Origin: a virus
Lineage: Duplodnaviria > Caudoviricetes
Length of the DNA: 52,405 bases
Virus record (IMG/VR): IMGVR_UViG_3300033153_004539
Location: 1 to 52,405 of that record
Strand: one strand, 5' to 3'
Part shown: piece after piece, positions 39,537 through 49,171 of the stretch
Position numbering within the stretch: position 1 is the stretch's first letter
How the letters are laid out: each line of letters begins with the position of its first letter
Position numbers and translations under genes: made by a program
Notes under the pieces: model-generated
Told to the model about the DNA's origin: nothing
The model's database searches: none
Seen by the model: the letters and a program-made list of their open reading frames with translations, nothing else

Positions 39537-39969
39537 TTGTAATCTCCTTCTCAGAGTTTTCAGGGTGTTGGTCTAAAACAAAATCGGGACTCAATTTACC
39601 AAGCTCGATGGCTGCTTTGGCCCGTTTTACAAAAGTTTGTATTGTCACCCCATACAACCAAACTCTTATAGGTTCGACCGTAGCATCAACATAAATTTTT
39701 CTTTTATCACCCACTGGTTCACCAATAAGCAAACTAGCATGTGCATATCTGAGAATATGTGATTTAAACATCTCCTCTTCAGTGACATCCATTTTACCAT
39801 GTATGACATGTGTCCCATCAGTATAAAAAGTTATTTTTTTACCTAATATTCTACAAGTAGCCAATACATTTGCTTTACTACCTTCAGAAACATCACCTTG
39901 ATGTCTTAATAACCTCTTCATCATTAAGGAAGGCTTCATATGTGCTACAAATTGTTTTACTTTAGCCAC
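39421..39969 (-). CDS. hypothetical basic protein
   Basis: 182-aa ORF with AAGGAG RBS; 116-nt overlap with the downstream gene. Confidence 0.55.
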   Translation of the reverse strand: MAKVKQFVAHMKPSLMMKRLLRHQGDVSEGSKANVLATCRILGKKITFYTDGTHVIHGKMDVTEEEMFKSHILRYAHASLLIGEPVGDKRKIYVDATVEPIRVWLYGVTIQTFVKRAKAAIELGKLSPDFVLDQHPENSEKEITNVGNVRLFGRHIDRPSVQDGNIRKAFSSGNSTVHYDTN

Positions 39970-41296
39970 TTAATTGTACTCCTTCAAATTCTAAGTCTAT
40001 TTCTACTTGAGGTCCACAAACTGCACCTCTTCTTGGTTGGTTGAAACTTAATGGATTAGTTATTAAGAACACTCTCCAAATTTCACCCTCCCAAGTTGTA
40101 AGTTTCATACTATGGCCATTATGTTGTTTTAAGAAGTATTCAAACTCAAGCCCTTTGTTTCTAGTCATACTGAAAGTGTAAGTCAACCTACGACTAGTAT
40201 TATATTTTATATATGTTCTCTTAACACCATTCATGCTTTTCTTTAATAATAAATCTGATACAATATTTTCTGTATTACCAACTAAAGGCTTAGGTAAAGT
40301 TATTACGTGTTCTGGTCCCTCAAAAGGTGACTGAAGAGTCATGTACTCATTCAGTAATGTGCCTATTGCAACCTGGTTAAAAGTTAATAGACTAGTTGCA
40401 CTTCTATCACCTTGCGTAGTAAGCAAAACATCTAAAGTACCTGTACCAGTAAAACTTACAGAAAAATTAGAATCAGCAGTATACGTTACATCTTGGGTGA
40501 GATTTAAAGTATTACTTGCTACACCTGGTAAATAATCTACTGAACCTTCTGCTAGGTGGGTGAAATTTAAAACACTGAATACTGGTCGTGAAGGATCAAC
40601 ATCCTGTAATAAAACTAAAGTATTGTCAGCTACTTTATTATATAACTTACCGCCTACAGCTAACTGACTAAGAAGTAATACATTAGATGCACTTACATCA
40701 GTTGCTCTACCTACAGATACTTCATCACTAAGTGATAGAGTATTTGAAGGTGTAACATTAAATACATTCTCTGTTGTTACATCTTGTGTAAGCTGTAGTA
40801 AGTTACCTGGGTACTGTTCAGGTACTAATATTGCTTGTAAATTACCTGTACCTACAAAGTCTACTGCGAACTGTACAGCACCTGCTCTTGATAAATTAGC
40901 AGTAACTACCGCATTAGAATAAAAACCTACAATAAAACTACCAGTCAAATCCTCTGTAGAATGTATAACCTCAATATATTGACCAGTGACTCTGGCTGTA
41001 GAATCTATGTTATATGTATAAATTACCTCAAGAGGTAAATGAGTTACACGTAAGTGGTGACCTTCAGTTAAAGTTAAATCTGCTGTTAAAAAAGCTGTAG
41101 CATTAATATTTGCTACTAAGCCTTTACGGCTATCTACATATATTACTTCAGTACCTAGTTGTGTTACTCTTGCTTTAGGTGTACCACTCCTTAAAAGTAT
41201 AACCTCATTACCTTGTTGAGTAAGGCGAGCATTAGGGGTGCCGGTATCTAAATAGATAACCTCTACACCCTGTTGTGTAAGACGTGCTGTCGCCAT
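39962..41296 (-). CDS. repeat scaffold protein carrying three repeat classes plus a distal-tail-like C-terminal domain
   Basis: ARLTQQGVEVIY-type x5, ITS/GTG-type and SNTLxLTQ-type repeats; C-terminal TTWEGEIWRV domain. Confidence 0.7.
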   Translation of the reverse strand: MATARLTQQGVEVIYLDTGTPNARLTQQGNEVILLRSGTPKARVTQLGTEVIYVDSRKGLVANINATAFLTADLTLTEGHHLRVTHLPLEVIYTYNIDSTARVTGQYIEVIHSTEDLTGSFIVGFYSNAVVTANLSRAGAVQFAVDFVGTGNLQAILVPEQYPGNLLQLTQDVTTENVFNVTPSNTLSLSDEVSVGRATDVSASNVLLLSQLAVGGKLYNKVADNTLVLLQDVDPSRPVFSVLNFTHLAEGSVDYLPGVASNTLNLTQDVTYTADSNFSVSFTGTGTLDVLLTTQGDRSATSLLTFNQVAIGTLLNEYMTLQSPFEGPEHVITLPKPLVGNTENIVSDLLLKKSMNGVKRTYIKYNTSRRLTYTFSMTRNKGLEFEYFLKQHNGHSMKLTTWEGEIWRVFLITNPLSFNQPRRGAVCGPQVEIDLEFEGVQLSG

Positions 41297-41304
41297 TCCA
41301 GACC

Positions 41305-42348
41305 TTACGCAGTTATCTCAATACCAAACTCAGCAGCATTAACATCAGATTCAGTCCACGCAACAGCTGTATCGGGGTTAAGTTCCCACATACTAGTTAA
41401 AAATTGATATTCAGCATCAGAAGGTATTAAAGTATCACCCTGGTAATTTGTACTACTTATTCTTGTTAAAGCCTTAAATTCTCTTGTACCAGGGACATCT
41501 TTTTTAACTGTAGAGACAACCTGTACACCTGCTACTGAAGATATAGTACCTGTAAGTGCTTCATAATTAAATAAGTCAACATCAGATATATTATCTGATT
41601 CTACATAAGTTGTATCACCATCATTAGGCTCTTCATCAACTAATAGATAATTATCAACACTATTACCATCTGACCCAGAAAAATCACTAGTAGTTCCATT
41701 GCTGTCAGGCATTATTGTTTCAATATTCAACATACCTATAAAATCAGACCATGTGCCTGATCCAGTATCATCCCAAATAACTAAAGAATCTAAATAAGTA
41801 TAAGTACCGTGACCATTATAGGTGAAACTGTGAATAATACCTGCTGATGCACCGTAATTAGTGTCTTCACCAGCTATTAAATCTAACCATATTTCACCAT
41901 CAATTTTAACTACACAGTCACCTGTTGAACAAGAATCGGTACTAGTACCCTTTATTTCAAAATGGTGCCAAGTATTTAATGTTAAGCTTTTTATAGAGGA
42001 ACTACCAAGTTGAGCATCAGTATAAGTACTCCAATGAATTTGCCCACTATCTTCTAAAAATAATTTAAAGTAGTATTGACCAGTTGATGATGTTTTAAAC
42101 AAACATAACACATTATCAGTTAAAACAGCGGACCTATACCACCAAAAAGACACAAATAAAGAACCGGTAAATGATGTTGTAAGATATGTGTATGTAACTT
42201 GTTCATTAGTTATAAATCTAATACTAGCCCTACCATTTTTTACAATAGTTGTTTCTATATCAGGTGAAGCAACATAACCCAAACCTCTTTTATTTAAATC
42301 ACTAATAATATCATAAAAGTCAAAGCTATCAGCCAGTAAGAAAGCCAT
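41305..42348 (-). CDS. LamG/concanavalin-like virion protein (paralogue 1)
   Basis: WHHFEIK..KIDG..YLDSLVIWD; C-terminus AWTESDVNAAEFGI. Confidence 0.7.
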   Translation of the reverse strand: MAFLLADSFDFYDIISDLNKRGLGYVASPDIETTIVKNGRASIRFITNEQVTYTYLTTSFTGSLFVSFWWYRSAVLTDNVLCLFKTSSTGQYYFKLFLEDSGQIHWSTYTDAQLGSSSIKSLTLNTWHHFEIKGTSTDSCSTGDCVVKIDGEIWLDLIAGEDTNYGASAGIIHSFTYNGHGTYTYLDSLVIWDDTGSGTWSDFIGMLNIETIMPDSNGTTSDFSGSDGNSVDNYLLVDEEPNDGDTTYVESDNISDVDLFNYEALTGTISSVAGVQVVSTVKKDVPGTREFKALTRISSTNYQGDTLIPSDAEYQFLTSMWELNPDTAVAWTESDVNAAEFGIEITA

Positions 42349-42358
42349 CTTATTCCCC

Positions 42359-43399
42359 TTAAGTTTTCACTTTAATGCCGAATTCCGCAGCATTAACTTC
42401 GGATGGTGTCCAAGCTGTAGCTGTGGCAGGTGATTCTGTCCAAATCTTTTGCATTGCTCTATATGTATCTTGTGCTGAGTTAGCAAGGTCATGATCGTAA
42501 TCTGCTGCACTGATACGTGTTACAGGTACTATTGTTCTGTAATTAATACCTGTTGACCTTCTAGCGACAGTGTTAACACATACAGCATCAATAGTATTGA
42601 CAGAGGCATGTAAATCTTCAAAAGTGTACAAGTCTTTATTGTTTAAGGTACTAGTGCTAACATAAGATGTATCATCATCATATTCTACTTCATCAACCAT
42701 CTCATAATTAGCAGCACCACCTGATCTGGTCCACTGGCTACTGTTGCCTGCTCCATTAACCTTTAATGTGCTAATGTATCTTGGACCCATGAAATCATTC
42801 CATGTTGATCCTTCTGTATCATAAACAATTACATCATCAAAATACATTTGCTGACTTATATTAGCAGCAAGTTGAAAATTATCAAAATATGGACCACCAG
42901 AGTACGCTGTATCAGTTGTAGCTGGTACATTTATAACTTCATTACCATCTACCCTAACGATACAATCATCAGTAGCTATTGAGTCTTTTAAAGTAACTTT
43001 AACTTCAATATAATACCATTTACCATCAGTCATGATCCCTGGGACAGAACTACCTAATGTTGTGTAATTACCACTTACAAAAGATAAAGATCCATCATTA
43101 AAATTAAATTTTAACATCATTTGTATTGTGTCTTTTTGTAGCATTCTACAAAAATAGGTATTAATAACAGGAGAAGTAATAATATATGCCCAAAAAGCAA
43201 TATACGCTGTTTCTTCATAGAATGTATATTTTGGAAGAGCTATTCTATTATTACTGGTTAATTTAACACTTTGTCTACTATGTACACTACATACTACACT
43301 TTCTTCTAAAACTGGCGTCCCAAATGCTGTCATATCACTTTCACTTATATCATCAGCATTAAGAAAATAATCAAAGCCTGTAGCGTAAAGTATGCTCAT
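42359..43399 (-). CDS. LamG/concanavalin-like virion protein (paralogue 2)
   Basis: WYYIEVK..RVDG..YFDDVIVYD; C-terminus AWTPSEVNAAEFGI. Confidence 0.7.
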   Translation of the reverse strand: MSILYATGFDYFLNADDISESDMTAFGTPVLEESVVCSVHSRQSVKLTSNNRIALPKYTFYEETAYIAFWAYIITSPVINTYFCRMLQKDTIQMMLKFNFNDGSLSFVSGNYTTLGSSVPGIMTDGKWYYIEVKVTLKDSIATDDCIVRVDGNEVINVPATTDTAYSGGPYFDNFQLAANISQQMYFDDVIVYDTEGSTWNDFMGPRYISTLKVNGAGNSSQWTRSGGAANYEMVDEVEYDDDTSYVSTSTLNNKDLYTFEDLHASVNTIDAVCVNTVARRSTGINYRTIVPVTRISAADYDHDLANSAQDTYRAMQKIWTESPATATAWTPSEVNAAEFGIKVKT

Positions 43400-44433
43400 A
43401 CTTCTATTTTCACTCCAAACTCAGCCGCATCAAATTCAGACTGTGTCCAAGCTACTGAGGTAGCTGGTGATTCATCCCAAATTTTATTTTCATACCAAGA
43501 CCATGTTGTATTCGTTTCAGTTATAGCTGGCCCGTCATAATTAGTAGAACCTATTCTTGCAAAATGTCTAAAATCTCTTTGATTTGCGAATGACGTACTT
43601 CTTGTTCTTGATTTTAAATTAACACCTAAAATAGTAACAGATGATTCACTTATATCTTCATATTCATAAGAGTCTCTTTCATCAACGATACCTGATTCAA
43701 CATATGTTGTATCATTATCTACGTTGCCTATATCATCAACCATTAAATAATTTGTACCACCTGATGTACTAAATTCACTATAATTACCTGACGCATTAGG
43801 TACTCGCATTTCAACAAAAGCTTCCCCTGCAAGGGAATCATTATACCCACTTTGATTATCCATCATTATGATATTATCATAATATAACCTAGTGTATGTG
43901 CCAGCGTGGTGAAATCTTACATAACGCAATGTTTCATCAGCAGAATCAGCAGTATCAGTTGTAGCAGCTAAATTAAGTACCTCATTACCATCTACTTTAA
44001 TAATACAATCATTAGTGCTTATAGAATTAGATATAGTCATTTCTATTTCTATATAATGCCATACATCCTCATCTATTTTAAAATCTGATGTACCTAATAT
44101 TGTCGAACCTCTTTTAAATTGTAATTGTCTCTTACCAGTTATAGTCCATGAAGATTGTAATACATTTGAAATATTATAAAATGATATAAGATCATTATTA
44201 ATATGTCTATAATCAAAATACACATGAAATTGAATAAATATTTTACTATTAGCTATAGCTGAACCTTTATCATATACACCATAATAAGTATCAGATGATG
44301 AAGCTATACCAGAATATGTTCCAGTTTTCACCTCTGTAACACTTGAAGTTATAGATGTTCCAGAATAAGTAGACCAAGTCCTATTACTAAATGCACCACC
44401 TATATCAAAACTTTGTGTGAAAAGCAAAGACAT
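43396..44433 (-). CDS. LamG/concanavalin-like virion protein (paralogue 3)
   Basis: WHYIEIE..KVDG..YYDNIIMMD; C-terminus AWTQSEFDAAEFGV. Confidence 0.7.
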   Translation of the reverse strand: MSLLFTQSFDIGGAFSNRTWSTYSGTSITSSVTEVKTGTYSGIASSSDTYYGVYDKGSAIANSKIFIQFHVYFDYRHINNDLISFYNISNVLQSSWTITGKRQLQFKRGSTILGTSDFKIDEDVWHYIEIEMTISNSISTNDCIIKVDGNEVLNLAATTDTADSADETLRYVRFHHAGTYTRLYYDNIIMMDNQSGYNDSLAGEAFVEMRVPNASGNYSEFSTSGGTNYLMVDDIGNVDNDTTYVESGIVDERDSYEYEDISESSVTILGVNLKSRTRSTSFANQRDFRHFARIGSTNYDGPAITETNTTWSWYENKIWDESPATSVAWTQSEFDAAEFGVKIEV

Positions 44434-46254
44434 TTACTTACCCTCCCCACGGGAATCATCTTGTGGGACGATGCCTTTCATCTGACTATCATCTTTTTCA
44501 CTTCTTGAGGCATTGGATATTCCTCCGAGTTCCGGAGTGCCGCGAGCTTGAGATTGTGATTCCGCAATACGCTTAATTCGGTCAGCATGATCTGTTTTGG
44601 CTTTTTCAACTTCATCGTCTGGATACGTCTTTGCCTGGCTTGCTGAGTCAAGGCTAATTAATCCTTGTTCTATGTCTTTGGATAATGTGTCAGAGTCAGA
44701 AAATACAATTTTAGCAGCATCAATCTCTTTGTTAATTTCTTCTAATGTCTCATTAGATACATCTGAGCCTATGCTAAGCTCTACAGCTTTTTTAAGTGCT
44801 TCCTTCTTATAAGTTATTGAGGGAACTACTTCAGCAGTTTCTAAAAGCTTACTTGCCTCTTCTCTCTTATCCTTATCCGTTTTTATATGGTATTTCTTTG
44901 GGTAAACAATAGTGGGTAACTTGCCACTTTTATCTTTGTACCAAGTCCAATATTTAGCTATGCTTCTTTCACCATGCTCTAATTCAATACCAATATAGCT
45001 CAATCCTGCCTCTAGTGAGCGTTCGTCATACCCTTTACTCTCAGCTGAAGCCATTTTAGGCTGAATATTTGTTACTGCTAAGTTAATAAGTAGACGTATG
45101 TCTTTTTTGATATCTTCCTGTTTCTTCATTGAAGCCAGTAAAGGCTCAGGAGATGGATGTATAAAAACTGGATAATCGAGATCTTTTGGTACTCTCCGAC
45201 CGGAGACTACACCAAGTGTTATCTCTTTATTTTCACCTACAGCAGCCTGTTCAGCAGAACCAGGTCTGACTATAGACACACCGTCACTTTGTGTTGTATT
45301 ACCTGGTGTAGCTGTACGAGCCCAGACATTATCTACTCTTGGGTCATATTTTTCAGCATAAAAAGCATAATTACTCTTTAATGAATAAGCCACATCACTT
45401 GATGACATATTCATAAGAGCAATTTGGTAGTTTGAGACATCAGCTAACAAACTTTCTGTTATCTCAAACTGAACAAAAGGTATTGACGGTAGATTTAAGG
45501 TTATTATATCTATACCTAGCTCACCGAACCTATCTATAGGCTTTGACTCTTCATCAAAAAACTGAACTAAAGTTACACCGTCTTTAACCCACATTAAGCG
45601 GTACCGCTCAACATAAGCTGTAGGTAAGAAGCAATTTTCGTTAGTTTTATACGTGTGGTCCCTTAGTAAAAGGGCTTTAAACTCTGCACCATCTGCTGTT
45701 GTATCTGTGGCCCAGTTTAAAATGTCTTCAGCCGGGTAAGAGTATAAATATGGCCTAGCAAGTGACGCATCTTTAATTGTGGATCCACGTAGCATAGGCA
45801 TATCTACAAATACGCCTATTTTCTGCATAGCTAATAACTCAGGTAGGATTATACGTCCTACATAGCTATTCATAGTGCTACCAATAAGGTCTACACCACC
45901 ACTCTTACCTAAAATAGCCTCTTGGTAACTATCTACACCACCTAATCTTGTAACATCCGGTACACGTTGGAAAATAGAGTTTTTAATATCACTTAACCCT
46001 GCTTTAGCAAAAGCAGTAGAGTAAGTCATAGCCTTACGACTGGCAAAATCATCATCGCTTTCACGTTTGCTGAATTTTTCCAGATATTGATCAATAAAAT
46101 CGTCACCACTCTTTTTTACTGCCCGCCACTTGTACCAATTATCTACGTTAGCCTCATACTCAGGGTGGAGCATAGTGCTTATGTCATTATTACATGACTC
46201 TAACACTTGATCTACATCAAACGCACCTAAAGTGCGAAGTTCGTCTACTGCCAT
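44434..46254 (-). CDS. portal protein
   Basis: 606 aa directly after TerL; HPEY, RPYLYSYPAEDILNW, IPFV motifs (DUF4055/SPP1-like portals). Confidence 0.85.
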   Translation of the reverse strand: MAVDELRTLGAFDVDQVLESCNNDISTMLHPEYEANVDNWYKWRAVKKSGDDFIDQYLEKFSKRESDDDFASRKAMTYSTAFAKAGLSDIKNSIFQRVPDVTRLGGVDSYQEAILGKSGGVDLIGSTMNSYVGRIILPELLAMQKIGVFVDMPMLRGSTIKDASLARPYLYSYPAEDILNWATDTTADGAEFKALLLRDHTYKTNENCFLPTAYVERYRLMWVKDGVTLVQFFDEESKPIDRFGELGIDIITLNLPSIPFVQFEITESLLADVSNYQIALMNMSSSDVAYSLKSNYAFYAEKYDPRVDNVWARTATPGNTTQSDGVSIVRPGSAEQAAVGENKEITLGVVSGRRVPKDLDYPVFIHPSPEPLLASMKKQEDIKKDIRLLINLAVTNIQPKMASAESKGYDERSLEAGLSYIGIELEHGERSIAKYWTWYKDKSGKLPTIVYPKKYHIKTDKDKREEASKLLETAEVVPSITYKKEALKKAVELSIGSDVSNETLEEINKEIDAAKIVFSDSDTLSKDIEQGLISLDSASQAKTYPDDEVEKAKTDHADRIKRIAESQSQARGTPELGGISNASRSEKDDSQMKGIVPQDDSRGEGK

Positions 46255-46315
46255 GGCTCTACCTCAAAGTACACAACTTATTGTACTTAATTATGCGTAC
46301 TGGACTCTTTCTTCT

Positions 46316-47971
46316 TTATACTGGACTCTGGATTGTTTCAGACTTGCCAACACTAACAGTAAGTGGTAATGCTATCTCAGAATAGGTACGGGCATGTGCT
46401 AAATGGTCGTTAGATGACCCTGCTTTCACGTACTTGCCTACTGGGTTACCGTCAGCGTCTTTTTCATACACTCTAACAGGGGATTTGATGTGTTCTTTAT
46501 ATTCCATACTTAAATCAACTGGTAGACTTATCATTTTATTTCTAAAACGACCTAACGACAAATCTAACCAACTTGTTCTGTCGACTGTTAAAGTTAATTC
46601 GTCCTCAGAGTGGATATTTATATTTTTACCTTGAATTCCACGACCATAAAAGCACATTCTTACTCTACCCCAGAACTTTTGGGCAAATTCATACGCTTTA
46701 CGCCTCTCAGGTTGTATGTCTATTACACACCCTTGCACCTGATAACGGTACATAAGGTCTTCAAGCTCTTCAAAAGTGGCAACTTTACCTTCAGCTATCA
46801 ATTGACACTTACTTTCAGTGTTTACATCAATAGCATTAGGATGTATATGCCACTTGTCTATTTCATAATGTAACCAAGTGCCAACATCCACACCCATTGT
46901 TACAAGACCACTGTCATTCTCGGCAAATTTACCATAACTACCGATACATTGATTAATATCTTTATCAGTTACTCGTGCCCCCTCTACTACATGGGGCAAA
47001 CCAAGCTTGGAATTGTAAAACTCTTGCTCGTCCGCTGGGTTGACCCTGGCTTTAAAGTATAATTCTATAAAAGTACCAGGTGAGACTGTGGGAGAATACA
47101 TCTGATTGATGTGAAAACCGCGAATATTGCGGCTTTTATGTGCGGGAACCCATTCTGCTGAAGCTAACCACTCATGTTTTGTCTCATGATCTAGTTTCAT
47201 GTTACATTTATGACATTTTATATATGATTTATGTATACTTATATCATTAATGTCTTCGCCAACAATTTCAAAGTTATCTGGGAACTTTAATTGTATTTGT
47301 CTTGAACAATGTGGGCAAGGGAAAAAGAACTCTTCTTGTGTACTTTGATTAAAAGTCTCATTAATACCCCAACCATCAACAGTTGGTGTACTTATCTCCC
47401 ATGTCTTCTTAATAACTTGCCCTGATTGACGTTCTCTGGCTAAGGGTACATTTTCTTGATTCATTTCATCTTTTTCATCAAGAATAAGTACACCAACCGG
47501 CACAGATTTTAAGCCAGCTCTACTTTTTGATCCACGAATATACAAATTCGTGTTACCTGCTCGCTTATGCCCTACATTTTTCACGTCGGAAAATAGTTTT
47601 TCCAAATGTGGTGACATATCGATAGCGGGATCAAAACGAGCAGCACTAAAATCACTAGCATCGGGGGTTTTTGCGGGTAGTACATAAAGGCAGTCCAGAC
47701 CATGTACGTCTATATAAAAGAATACTATATTTAGGACACACTCAGTGAAACCCATCTGAGCTGCTTTTTGTCCTACATTATAGTCTGTTGCCGAATCGTG
47801 CATCCCCCTTAACCAAGGATGATATTTAAATCTCCACGGTCCAGGAAAAGGTTGTCCCATTTTCCTGTAATTCTCTGCCCACTTACTTGGTTGTGTAATA
47901 GTTTTACGTATTAAGCCAGAGCTTAAACTCTCATTAAATAGTCGGATAAGTTCATGATTATAATCAATCAT
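46316..47971 (-). CDS. terL: terminase large subunit, lambda gpA-like
   Basis: QKAAQMGFTE Walker A, LILDEKDEM Walker B, ISTPT, CPHC..CHKC zinc module, GVDVG nuclease motif. Confidence 0.93.
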   Translation of the reverse strand: MIDYNHELIRLFNESLSSGLIRKTITQPSKWAENYRKMGQPFPGPWRFKYHPWLRGMHDSATDYNVGQKAAQMGFTECVLNIVFFYIDVHGLDCLYVLPAKTPDASDFSAARFDPAIDMSPHLEKLFSDVKNVGHKRAGNTNLYIRGSKSRAGLKSVPVGVLILDEKDEMNQENVPLARERQSGQVIKKTWEISTPTVDGWGINETFNQSTQEEFFFPCPHCSRQIQLKFPDNFEIVGEDINDISIHKSYIKCHKCNMKLDHETKHEWLASAEWVPAHKSRNIRGFHINQMYSPTVSPGTFIELYFKARVNPADEQEFYNSKLGLPHVVEGARVTDKDINQCIGSYGKFAENDSGLVTMGVDVGTWLHYEIDKWHIHPNAIDVNTESKCQLIAEGKVATFEELEDLMYRYQVQGCVIDIQPERRKAYEFAQKFWGRVRMCFYGRGIQGKNINIHSEDELTLTVDRTSWLDLSLGRFRNKMISLPVDLSMEYKEHIKSPVRVYEKDADGNPVGKYVKAGSSNDHLAHARTYSEIALPLTVSVGKSETIQSPV

Positions 47972-48318
47972 TATTCCTCATTTTCATCATATAACAATGA
48001 ATCTTTGGCTTTATCTGTATTCTTCATCACTGCCTCTTCATCATTCTTTGCCAAACCATTAATACCACCTAAAGCATAATAAAATGCTTTATGTCCATGC
48101 GTTGCATGTTTTGTTAAATCTTCCATAATACGTATTTGATGTTCTGTTGATTCTTTAAGTGCTTCAGCAAGTATTATTTGCGAATCAAACCATTTTTTTG
48201 CTGAATCTCCAGCTACAGAACAGATATTTTTCATCAATTTATAAATTACAAACAGGATCCCAACTGTCACTGCAATTGGGAAACCTACTGTAGCTATAAA
48301 GTGTTCAAGGTCTGCCAT
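47971..48318 (-). CDS. holin-like single-TM protein
   Basis: IATVGFPIAVTVGILFVIY followed by a coiled coil (YvrJ/BhlA-like pattern). Confidence 0.55.
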   Translation of the reverse strand: MADLEHFIATVGFPIAVTVGILFVIYKLMKNICSVAGDSAKKWFDSQIILAEALKESTEHQIRIMEDLTKHATHGHKAFYYALGGINGLAKNDEEAVMKNTDKAKDSLLYDENEE

Positions 48319-48319
48319 T

Positions 48320-48871
48320 TTAATCTACTTTAACTTCAATCACAGCTGTAGCCTTGACCATTTCAACGCTAATAGCTTCAATCACATCTGGTTCACTGAC
48401 ATGCTCATTAATAATTTCAACATATCTTTGTGCAAGATACAAAATACTATTTTTATCTAATAATAACCCCATTCTATTTTCTAATTTGTCACAAGATACT
48501 ACTAACTTCTCAATTTTCATCACTAAATCAGAAATACGTTGTGAATAAAGTATTAACTCCATTGAGTCGCTACACGACTCTAACATAGTCTCTAATGTTA
48601 ATCTTAAAATACCTATTTCATCACGAAGTGACTTAATCCCTGGCGAATCTGCGAACTCTCCTACCCTGTTCTTCCATTTAGCTAACCTATAATTACGTAA
48701 CCGTTCAGTCTTTTGTGCTATTAAAGAACTATTAGCTCCATGTCGTGGGCAATAATTTGTACTTGCTACCTTACAGTATGGACACTGGGCATCTTTACCA
48801 GTGGCCTCACATCTTTCACTCGGGTGATGTATTTTTACGTCCCATCTTACAAAATTTGAGTCTACTATCAT
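48320..48871 (-). CDS. probable terminase small subunit (Cys/His zinc module + helical domain)
   Basis: CEA..QC..CPRHGA then SLRDEIGILR; upstream of terL. Confidence 0.6.
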   Translation of the reverse strand: MIVDSNFVRWDVKIHHPSERCEATGKDAQCPYCKVASTNYCPRHGANSSLIAQKTERLRNYRLAKWKNRVGEFADSPGIKSLRDEIGILRLTLETMLESCSDSMELILYSQRISDLVMKIEKLVVSCDKLENRMGLLLDKNSILYLAQRYVEIINEHVSEPDVIEAISVEMVKATAVIEVKVD

Positions 48872-48887
48872 AATTTTTATTTAATTT

Positions 48888-48930
48888 CCTGGGTGCGGGT
48901 TCTCTCGTAAAGAGAAAAACCCGCCCCAGG
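48888..48930. terminator. GC-rich hairpin between the lysis-like cassette and terS
   Basis: cctgggtgcgggtt.ctctc...gaga..aacccgccccagg, interrupted stem. Confidence 0.5.
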
Positions 48931-48958
48931 CCCACCCAAGGAGATAAATTAACTTAAC

Positions 48959-49171
48959 TTAACGACAGCAACGTACTCTACGTACTCTGTGTACTCTGTT
49001 TACTCTGTATACACGGGTACTACGTACTCTGCGTACTGGCCTAATACGGATACTGCGTACTGGACTAACATAGGTGCTACTAACACAAGTAGTCTGTACG
49101 CACATATCACATGCTGCTGGTGGTGCTGGCGAGCTACAACTCAACACACAAAAAAGTATTAACGAACCCAT
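48959..49171 (-). CDS. small secreted Cys-rich, Arg-rich peptide
   Basis: Hydrophobic N-terminus, CxxC, (RVx)n tail encoded by 9-bp repeats; GAGG RBS. Confidence 0.55.
   Translation of the reverse strand: MGSLILFCVLSCSSPAPPAACDMCVQTTCVSSTYVSPVRSIRIRPVRRVRSTRVYRVNRVHRVRRVRCCR

Noticed and set aside
41305-44433. Diversity-generating retroelement acting on the lectin paralogues
   Set aside because: No reverse transcriptase and no TR/VR pair with adenine-specific differences; the paralogues diverge throughout
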